A program made the position numbers and the translations under genes. Below are positions 30,790 through 38,642 of a stretch of DNA of 64,000 nt, piece after piece; position 1 is the stretch's first letter, and every line of letters begins with the position of its first letter. The stretch lies in contig OZ223209.1 in NCBI GenBank assembly GCA_965140415.1, positions 2,720,001 through 2,784,000 of the forward strand, in the 5' to 3' direction. The notes beneath the pieces were generated by a model that was not told the origin of the DNA, did not search any database, and was given only the letters and a program-made list of their open reading frames with translations. Source of the DNA: Myxococcota bacterium. Its GTDB lineage: Bacteria; Myxococcota_A; SURF-8.

Positions 30790-31512
30790 ATGAAAACAAG
30801 GAATATGGGTGGTGACCTTGTATGGATACTTTGTATATCGTTAACACTAGCTTTTGCTTGCAACGACAAGGATGATGATAACCAAACAGATGGCGATCAG
30901 TATACTATTGTGGATGGAGACACGACTGACTCCGAAGAAGATACAATGGTCGATGGTGACCAAGACTCCATGGAAAATGAATCTGAAGATGACAACGAGG
31001 AGTTGATTTCTCAAACCGTCTTTTCTCCTTATGTAGAAGAAGAGAAAACAGTGGCCTATGTAGATCTCCCCCGATATTTGGGAAAATGGTATGAAATCGC
31101 AACCTACACCATACCCTTCCAAGAAGGTTGTACTGGCTCAACCGCAACGTATTCCCTAAACGAAGATGAAAGCATTTCCGTCGCCAACGAATGTTTCCTG
31201 GAATCGCTCAACGGAGAGTACAAGATTGATACGGCACGGGCTGAGGTTGTGAATACGGACTCCAATGCAGAGTTGGTCGTGTATTTCACCGAAGATTTCG
31301 GGGCCGACTACTGGATCATCGAGCTTGATGGTCAGGATACGGAAGAACCTTACGAATGGGCCGTAGTCGGAAGCAGCCTATCTATTTTTCTTTGGGTTTT
31401 GAACCGAACCCCACAGATGGACAATGGCCGACTTGATCTTATTTTAGAAAGGCTGGAAACCAGAGGATATGATCTTGATAACCTCGATTTCACCATACAG
31501 CCAGAAGAATAA
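30790..31512 (+). CDS. Blc-like lipocalin lipoprotein with acidic DGD linker
   Basis: Lipobox AFAC; VDLPRYLGKWYEIA, DYWII, LWVLNRTP. Confidence 0.9.
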   Translation: MKTRNMGGDLVWILCISLTLAFACNDKDDDNQTDGDQYTIVDGDTTDSEEDTMVDGDQDSMENESEDDNEELISQTVFSPYVEEEKTVAYVDLPRYLGKWYEIATYTIPFQEGCTGSTATYSLNEDESISVANECFLESLNGEYKIDTARAEVVNTDSNAELVVYFTEDFGADYWIIELDGQDTEEPYEWAVVGSSLSIFLWVLNRTPQMDNGRLDLILERLETRGYDLDNLDFTIQPEE

Positions 31513-31523
31513 AAAGCTGTTTC

Positions 31524-31991
31524 ATGGGACTCCACCGTATTAATCAGAAGTTGGAGCTTCCCATTTCCGTAGAGGAAGCATGGCACTTTTTCTCCGATCC
31601 GCGGAATCTTTAATGCATCACCCCGGAGGAAATGGGGTTCACGATCACCAATGATATCACTTATCCGGTCTATCCGGGAATGATCATCACATATCGTGTT
31701 TCACCATTATTGGGGATTCCCATGACTTGGGTTTCGGAAATAAGCCATGTAATTGAAGGCAAGCTTTTTGTTGATGAGCAACGCTTTGGACCCTATCGTT
31801 TCTGGCATCACAAGCACCTATTCCATCCAATGACTAGCGGGGTGATTATCGAAGATATTGTAGACTATGCATTGCCTTTCGGCCCATTGGGAGACTTGGT
31901 CCACGCGGTTCTGGTTAGGCGTCAATTAAAGGGCATTTTTGACTATAGGTCAAAGGTTCTGCTGAAACTCTTTAGCTCAGATTCAGAGTGA
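31524..31991 (+). pseudogene. SRPBCC-family protein with in-frame TAA at 31611-31613
   Basis: MGLHRINQKLELPISVEEAWHFFSDPRNL*CITPEEMGF...FVDEQRFGPYRFWHHKH. Confidence 0.8.
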
Positions 31992-32978
31992 TTCCTTATC
32001 AACTTCATTGCGAAGTTGAGCCTGCCGAACAAGCAATTCCCAAAGTTGCTCGCGCATAGTTTCCGTCTCCCGAGTTCCAGGAAGCAGATGTGTTTTACGC
32101 TGCTTCCGATCAAACCAGAACCGACCACTGCTATCCTGAGGTGATTCTGCCGCTGCCAGCCACTTAATAGTATCCGCTCCTTGTTCAGGTGTTCTTAAAA
32201 TAGCTTTGGTGACTCTGTAGAAGGTGGGAATGGACGTCTTCACCGCAGGTGTATCCGCCCAGCCAGGATGCATGGCGTGAAAACGAATTGGTGTATCGGT
32301 ATACTTTTCGGCCATAAGTTCGTTTACAATAACCATTGCGCGTTTGCTGTTCGCATACGCTCTGACTCCATCAAATACCCTCGTGTCCCAGTTTAGATCT
32401 TCAAGATCAAGTTTCTGTGGGTACATTCCTCCAGAGCTGACATAGATGACTCTAGCTCTTTTGGCGTTTTTCAATTGGGGAAGCATCAGGTGGGTCATGA
32501 GAAATGGTCCCAATATGTTTGTGGCCCATGTCAGTTCCAACCCGTCATTTGTCAAAATACGTTCCGAAGGCAAAACACCGGCATTGTGAATCATGATATC
32601 GAGATGCGATTCGCTGTATCTATTCACAAATTCATGTATGGAACTGAGGGATGATACATCTACAACATGCAAGGTAAGATTGGCATCGTCAATTTCCGAA
32701 CGGATTGTTTCGATAGCATCTAAACCTCGTCTTCTATTCCTGCACAACATGTGAACCCGAACTCCTCGACTGGCAAGAAAACGGGTGGTTGCAAACCCCA
32801 TACCGCTATTGGCGCCTGTAACAACAGCCACCTGTCCTGAAAGATCTACGTTTAGATCCGATTCGCTGAAAGATAGTTTATGAAGAAGGAAGCCGGTTTT
32901 ATCGAAACTGAATACGATCGTTTTATCAGTGAAAAAGGTGACCATTCGACCTGAATAATGCAACCATTTCGAAGACAT
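31983..32978 (-). CDS. Short-chain dehydrogenase/reductase (DHRS12/retinol-dehydrogenase-like)
   Basis: TGANSGMG, HNAG, VSSGGMY, YANSK, MHPGWADTP. Confidence 0.92.
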   Translation of the reverse strand: MSSKWLHYSGRMVTFFTDKTIVFSFDKTGFLLHKLSFSESDLNVDLSGQVAVVTGANSGMGFATTRFLASRGVRVHMLCRNRRRGLDAIETIRSEIDDANLTLHVVDVSSLSSIHEFVNRYSESHLDIMIHNAGVLPSERILTNDGLELTWATNILGPFLMTHLMLPQLKNAKRARVIYVSSGGMYPQKLDLEDLNWDTRVFDGVRAYANSKRAMVIVNELMAEKYTDTPIRFHAMHPGWADTPAVKTSIPTFYRVTKAILRTPEQGADTIKWLAAAESPQDSSGRFWFDRKQRKTHLLPGTRETETMREQLWELLVRQAQLRNEVDKESL

Positions 32979-32994
32979 GGTTTTATTCCCTTCT

Positions 32995-33627
32995 CTAAAA
33001 GCCGAGGACAATAAGTAACCAGAAAATGAGGCTGCCGAGAAGTGGTACAGCAAAATTATCCCATTCACCACCAAACAACTCAACCATCGTAACCAGTAAC
33101 CCACCAGAAACCAATAGTTCCAGCGACAGCTCGGCTCTGAGCAAACTTCCAACTAGGTAAGCTGACCCAACTCCCGCAGAATAGAAAACGGTTGATCCCA
33201 AGAGTGTCTTGTCTGCATTAAACAAACGGATCTTCCCAAAGCTTATACCGGCGATCCTTGCTAGCGGATCTCCGATGGCGGCAAACATGGTAGCAGCCAG
33301 GGCCGCTGCTTTTGGAAAGCCTGCAAACAAATAGAGGAAATTGATGATAGTGGCGGCCATAATGAAATGGGTGATAGCACTAATTCGCGTTATCTCCTTT
33401 TTCCTGACCATGTTGAGCATGAATGAGGGGAGATTCTCTCTGACAATCTTCGATCGCGTCCGAAAATAATCTGCAACCGAGATGGTGATGCCCAGAATGA
33501 GTAGAACAATGGCTCCTGTGAAATCAGATAGATAGAAGTATATGATAGCCGATGTTGCGGCTATCATATGGAAACCAGCACGAGTAAGCTCCAGTCGGCG
33601 ATATTCAGGCATTATCAGGGACGCCAT
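32995..33627 (-). CDS. Dolichol/phytol kinase family membrane protein
   Basis: RAGFHM, IGDPLARIAGISFG...KTLLGS, VE...DNFAVPL; multiple TM segments. Confidence 0.8.
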   Translation of the reverse strand: MASLIMPEYRRLELTRAGFHMIAATSAIIYFYLSDFTGAIVLLILGITISVADYFRTRSKIVRENLPSFMLNMVRKKEITRISAITHFIMAATIINFLYLFAGFPKAAALAATMFAAIGDPLARIAGISFGKIRLFNADKTLLGSTVFYSAGVGSAYLVGSLLRAELSLELLVSGGLLVTMVELFGGEWDNFAVPLLGSLIFWLLIVLGF

Positions 33628-34748
33628 CTGCTTTGTAAATGTGATTGACCGACACCAAATTCGTTTTTAGCCGTCATTTCAACCAGCCTAGTATCAACAT
33701 CCTGCTGCATACAATCACCGATGAGATAGTCATACAGTTCAGTCTGGCCATTCAAAACAGCCAGGAAGAAAGCTGTCATGTATTTCTGCGTCAGCATGCG
33801 CGTGACGAAAGGATCGTCAGTGCCTTTAGGGCAGATGGCGCAAGCAAGACCACAATCGGGATCATCCACAAACGACATGTGGTTAGCTCCAAGCACGTCG
33901 ATTTGAATGGCCGGGCTTTCCGCATAGGTATAGTACTGTTGGAAGTTCTCGGCAGACGGGGCGCAGGAAAGAGAACCCTCTCCGCCATTGACTGTTTCAC
34001 CGAGAGCGACAAAGGGTATGGATATATCGGGCATCTTTTCGGGCGTTACCGAAGGGTAATCTTCGGGTTCATGATCAATCGGTGGTGCGCTATCTACCGG
34101 ATCAACCCCGAATATTGCTTTGGGACGCGGATCCTGGCTTGCGAGCAGAAATGAGAGCTTGCCACCCATGGAATGTCCGGCCAGACCAATAAGACTCTCA
34201 TCCACTTTGCCAGACAACTTCACGTTTTCCGAATCGGTAGCCCAGTCCAACAAAGCGGCCAGATAATCTGCTTGATCCTGATGCGTTTCCGGGTTTGAAA
34301 AACCTCCCGGCATCTGTGGCATGATAACGACAAATCCCCAAGAAGCAAGTCTCTCACCATAAGACAAGTACATATCGGGACTGGCCGAAAAGCCATGTGT
34401 GAAGACTACCAAAGGCATACGTTCACTGATTTCTGGTATCATCAACACAAGATCCAAAACCACGATTTGGTCAGTTTTCTCAATGGCGAGTTGATCGGTA
34501 TCCTGATTGAAAACATAGATCCCATTGACCGTGACATCTGGAATCGGGTTTTCATGATCATCAGCAAATTCGCGATCCCCATTTTCCTGAAAATCATTGT
34601 CGCCATCGACAGCAGCTTCTTCCTGGTCGAACTCTAAATTATCGATGTCTCCGTCGATCGGCGCTTCATTATTTTCATTATCGGTGCATGAACAAATCAA
34701 TAATGTAGCGACCACGGATATCGATAAGTTGACGATTAAGCGTTTCAC
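33615..34748 (-). CDS. Chlorophyllase-like alpha/beta hydrolase lipoprotein
   Basis: PLVVFTHGF, GHSMGGK nucleophile elbow, GVDPVD, CAP...N, NHMSFVD; lipobox ICSC. Confidence 0.75.
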   Translation of the reverse strand: MKRLIVNLSISVVATLLICSCTDNENNEAPIDGDIDNLEFDQEEAAVDGDNDFQENGDREFADDHENPIPDVTVNGIYVFNQDTDQLAIEKTDQIVVLDLVLMIPEISERMPLVVFTHGFSASPDMYLSYGERLASWGFVVIMPQMPGGFSNPETHQDQADYLAALLDWATDSENVKLSGKVDESLIGLAGHSMGGKLSFLLASQDPRPKAIFGVDPVDSAPPIDHEPEDYPSVTPEKMPDISIPFVALGETVNGGEGSLSCAPSAENFQQYYTYAESPAIQIDVLGANHMSFVDDPDCGLACAICPKGTDDPFVTRMLTQKYMTAFFLAVLNGQTELYDYLIGDCMQQDVDTRLVEMTAKNEFGVGQSHLQSRWRP

Positions 34749-34898
34749 TAGGTCCTCCTGGGAGCCGATAAGGGCGGACGATCAAAGGATCAATGCTCTA
34801 TAGCCAATATAAACTCAGTATTATCGGGTAGATCTATTAAGATATCAAACAATTCCGACCGAATAAAAACTCCAGTAATAGTAGATATCAATCCCTGT

Positions 34899-34962
34899 TG
34901 TCGATTTGCCGTCAGCCTGACCCGTTTGAGAGACCGCTCTGTCTCCCGGTTAGGGTCCCCTA
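34899..34962. repeat. Conserved 64-bp module-end sequence, copy B
   Basis: Homologous to 15435-15498. Confidence 0.85.
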
Positions 34963-35373
34963 TGGTCTGATTTAAGCTCTACCGGTATCCGAGCTGGAAC
35001 GACTCCCCGCGCTCCACTGCTCCACCGATTTCGATGGTATAGCGTGTAAACAACCGCGGGAAGAGAACATTATCTTCATTACCTCCACAAAAGACATACC
35101 CTTATTTTGTGGAGTAGTGGAGCGTATAAGGTCTTTCCCGCGTAAGATTAGTTACTTAACTCGTTCCACCACGCGCTCCACCGCTCCACCGGATGGGCTT
35201 CCCGCGTAACAGTCCAGACGATCGGAATGGATCGGCACCGGATGAGGAAAACGTGTTCCGCCTAAACCACCTAAAAGAAGAAGCGCAAGGGCTCCTTCTC
35301 CGCCGCTTTGCGCGGCTTGGGGATGGATGGTGGGATCGGGTGGAAGGAAATACCGCTATTACGCTTACGAGAA

Positions 35374-35574
35374 CTAGCGCTTGGTGAACTTCCGGATCAG
35401 CAACTCCGCTCCGAGCTTGACACCTTCGGTCGCGGCCAGGGCCAGGAGAGTGACCAGAATGTCAACCTGACCCTTGCTGGCCTTAGTCGTAACGGGGTTT
35501 GTGGCGCGATCGACGCCTTCTGGGGCGGGGATGGCCTTCGGTTTCGTGTCGTTCATGTCCATCGGCTCCTCCAT
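35374..35574 (-). CDS. Small protein with hydrophobic/cationic C-terminus
   Basis: TGATG coupling to the E1 stop (alternative start after GGAGGAG); ends ILVTLLALAATEGVKLGAELLIRKFTKR. Confidence 0.6.
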   Translation of the reverse strand: MEEPMDMNDTKPKAIPAPEGVDRATNPVTTKASKGQVDILVTLLALAATEGVKLGAELLIRKFTKR

Positions 35575-36284
35575 CAGCTTTCGCTTACGAGAACTACGGC
35601 CGAGCAGTCCACGACGATCTTGCGCGGGAGCGGCTGCCCCAGCGCGTGTTTCTTCACCAGGATGGCCACCAGCGCGCCGGTGAGCATACTGTTGTTGATC
35701 ACCGCTCGCGCCGTGCAGGGCAGCTGCATGGACTCCTCCGCCGGGTGCAGCGTATCCTCGTAAGCTTGCGCGCCCATTAGGTCGCCGTGGGACTTGGCGG
35801 TGTAGATCACGATGTACTCGCCGCCCTGACGCGGATCAATGACGGTGATCGGTTTCGAGCGTGTGCCTTGCGCCTTTGCCTGTTCCCAGATCGTCCGGCG
35901 AGCCGCCATGTTGTCCACGCAAGAGATGACCAGGCGCTTGCGCTCGTCACGACCGAGGGGCTGGTTGGTATATCGCTGGCGGAACTGGCCAGGCAAAAGA
36001 CCGGTGACGCGGTAGACCTCGACGCCCAGCGCCACAGCCTTGGGATGGCCCAGGTATTCCGCGCCGAAGAGTTGATTGGGTTGGTTGTGCGGCTCGACCG
36101 TGTCGTCGTCGTAGATATTCAAATCAGTGCAACCCATCTTGGCCAGCGCCAGGGCGGTGTAGGAGCCGGAAGCACCGGCGCCGATGATGGTGATGGGGAC
36201 GTCGAGCTTGTCCGGGTGGATGATATCGAGCTGGCTGTGAAACTGGGTGTCGAGGGTCGTGCGGTCCATGTTGTTTCGGTCCAT
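35574..36284 (-). CDS. ThiF/E1-like adenylyltransferase, copy B
   Basis: Close paralogue of 16477-17184 with the same GAGASG, DDDTVE, CVD and LPCTA motifs. Confidence 0.92.
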   Translation of the reverse strand: MDRNNMDRTTLDTQFHSQLDIIHPDKLDVPITIIGAGASGSYTALALAKMGCTDLNIYDDDTVEPHNQPNQLFGAEYLGHPKAVALGVEVYRVTGLLPGQFRQRYTNQPLGRDERKRLVISCVDNMAARRTIWEQAKAQGTRSKPITVIDPRQGGEYIVIYTAKSHGDLMGAQAYEDTLHPAEESMQLPCTARAVINNSMLTGALVAILVKKHALGQPLPRKIVVDCSAVVLVSES

Positions 36285-36429
36285 ACTCGCTCCTTTCATG
36301 CTCCTTTCATGTAAGCTGTTGATTTGGTAAGGTTATTTCGCTATACTAAGCGATGTTGCTTTTCGACGTTTGATATGTTCCTTAGTGTGAAGAGGTTGAT
36401 TCCAGAGAAACGATAGGAGCGGAACGAAC

Positions 36430-38103
36430 ATGCGTATTTTAGCTTCAATTATTGTCCTGCTCAGTCTGACGATAAGTATGCAGGCGGTAGCAGATGAAGA
36501 TGTTGGTAATATCGCCATTGTCGAGGATTGGGATAACTCGATCCTGGTTTTTCCGACTTCAAATATGCCCAACGTCTTTTTAGCCAAAGTCGCCTGTCTA
36601 TTTTATCAGACGCACCAGGATCAATACGATGCTTTATTCGTATTCAACACTGCAATCTCTAATACACAACAAGGCTGGACCGTACGCAGTTTCACAGAAG
36701 GGATCGGCAAGCAGATATTCGATGGCACGACCACCTTCTGCGCCAATAACGGCCGCTTGCGGATCACCGTGAACATGGGTAACATCAGCACGTTGCCCTT
36801 TTCACCGGATGAAAGGGCCAATATCATACTCGGCTACCCCCTGACGGGAATTGAACTGCAGTGCCATGAGTTCGGGCATCACTGGTTGGCTTCCGTCAAT
36901 TATGACAAAGGCAGCGGCAGAGAATGCATGCTGCGAGGCTACGAACCCATTTTGGACCCCTTGCCTGGGGATCCCATGTGCAGCGGCGTTTATCTGAAAG
37001 ACTTCAACCAGCACTGGTCGAACAATTTCAATTCTTGTTCACTCATGTATGGCAGTTGCATCGAGGATCTTGGGGGAGGAAATTTCCGCTATACCTATGA
37101 CAATGTGAAATACAGTCAGTTGGATCAATACCTTATGGGTTTGCGCACCAAGGATGAAGTGGATCCCATGTTTTTAGTGGATACTGGTGAACTTTCTGGG
37201 ACGGGGGCATTGCCCATGCAGCATGGTTCCAGTCAGAACCATACCGGCGTACGCGTCGATCTTACCATTGATGACATCATCCGTGAAGAAGGTGAACGTA
37301 ACCCTCCATCCGATATGTGCCACTGGAAGGCGGCTTTTATTCTGGTGCACCCGGCTGGCCAACCGCCGACTCCGAATCAGATTCAGGCGGTGGACAATTA
37401 CCGTTTACGTATAGAAAGCTACTACCCATACGCAACCGATACTCGCGGCAGTTTCGACACCCGGCTTGACGGATGCGGTAGTGGAACGGATGCATGCCCG
37501 GGCGATCCCTCTCCACAATGTGGTGCGCTACCGGACGGAGACGCTGATGCCCCCGCTGATGGCGATGTGGATTGTACCTTCAACACTTTCCGCTGTTCCG
37601 ATACTGGGGCGGTCGAAATTTGTAACCCACAGGGTGAATGGCAACACCTGATGGATTGTGATCCTGGAATGCAATGCCTGGATGGCGAATGTATCCTGAA
37701 AGAGGATGGGGACATCTCCGATCAAGACGGTGATGAATCCTCCGATGGAGATACTGTGGATGATGTGGTTGATGGTGATGAATCCGCTTCGTACTGCACC
37801 TACAGCGAGACCCGCTGCATTGAGGGTACATTTGAGGAATGCAGTCGCCGCGGTGAGTGGCGCCTTGCAGAAGACTGCGAAGCAAAAGGTATGATTTGTC
37901 GGTCCGGTGAAGGTTGTGTAGACCAAGGTGGTCTTCCAATCGATGGCGATGGAAATGATTCTTCTTCAGTCGGTCAGGAAAATGGGTCTGAAGTGGGTTG
38001 TACAACTACGGAAGCACCTTCCATGCTCCTGTTAGCTTGTCTGATGATGTTGTGGGCAAGGAGAAGAACGTCCGTGTACGGCAGGGTTCCGTTCATCGGT
38101 TGA
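36430..38103 (+). CDS. Secreted zincin-like (HEFGH) protein with Cys-rich repeats and MYXO-CTERM-like sorting signal
   Basis: Signal peptide (AVA), HEFGHHW, DGD linkers, GCTT...LLLACLMMLWARRR tail. Confidence 0.8.
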   Translation: MRILASIIVLLSLTISMQAVADEDVGNIAIVEDWDNSILVFPTSNMPNVFLAKVACLFYQTHQDQYDALFVFNTAISNTQQGWTVRSFTEGIGKQIFDGTTTFCANNGRLRITVNMGNISTLPFSPDERANIILGYPLTGIELQCHEFGHHWLASVNYDKGSGRECMLRGYEPILDPLPGDPMCSGVYLKDFNQHWSNNFNSCSLMYGSCIEDLGGGNFRYTYDNVKYSQLDQYLMGLRTKDEVDPMFLVDTGELSGTGALPMQHGSSQNHTGVRVDLTIDDIIREEGERNPPSDMCHWKAAFILVHPAGQPPTPNQIQAVDNYRLRIESYYPYATDTRGSFDTRLDGCGSGTDACPGDPSPQCGALPDGDADAPADGDVDCTFNTFRCSDTGAVEICNPQGEWQHLMDCDPGMQCLDGECILKEDGDISDQDGDESSDGDTVDDVVDGDESASYCTYSETRCIEGTFEECSRRGEWRLAEDCEAKGMICRSGEGCVDQGGLPIDGDGNDSSSVGQENGSEVGCTTTEAPSMLLLACLMMLWARRRTSVYGRVPFIG

Positions 38104-38446
38104 TCTGTCGGATCTCCGGGATCTGGGAGAGCGGCGTGGGTGTGAAGTGGATGTCCCGTTCGATGGCCTGTAGGCCGGGAATGTGCTGGCCGTTGATGCG
38201 GGCTTCCAGGGATTCGAGTTCGGAGAGGCTGAAGTAGCCGAGTTCGCCGCAGCCGGGAAGGATCTCGGCCCAACCGAAACAGGTATCGCCGCCGCCGTGG
38301 TCGAACTCGGTCAGGTACCAGACGCCGTTGGAGGAATAGGCGCTGAAGAAGCGCAGATGCGCGATGGCGTCCATGCCTTTGCCGTCCTGGGCGTACAGGG
38401 GCGGTATCGCCTTGCGAATGGACTGGGGGAGTAGCTTCTGTTTCAT
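38093..38446 (-). CDS. DUF2958 family protein, copy B
   Basis: Near-identical to 18592-18945. Confidence 0.85.
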   Translation of the reverse strand: MKQKLLPQSIRKAIPPLYAQDGKGMDAIAHLRFFSAYSSNGVWYLTEFDHGGGDTCFGWAEILPGCGELGYFSLSELESLEARINGQHIPGLQAIERDIHFTPTPLSQIPEIRQINR

Positions 38447-38546
38447 GGGTTAGCCTCCTTGTTGGTAGGGAAATGGGCGCTCCTGTCCGGGGCATCCGGA
38501 GTGGATAGCTGGACAGGTGGCTGGGATGAGAAGGGAAAGTCAGGCA

Positions 38547-38642
38547 AGAATGCGCTGTCTTCTTCTATACTTATAGCATATCTGAGAGTGGTTTTTCAGA
38601 TTTGGAAAAATGGAGTTTGTGACATCGCTAGAAGTGGTCACC
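38547..38642 (-). promoter_or_regulatory. Conserved 96-bp intergenic block, copy B
   Basis: 94/96 identical to 19044-19139. Confidence 0.8.
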
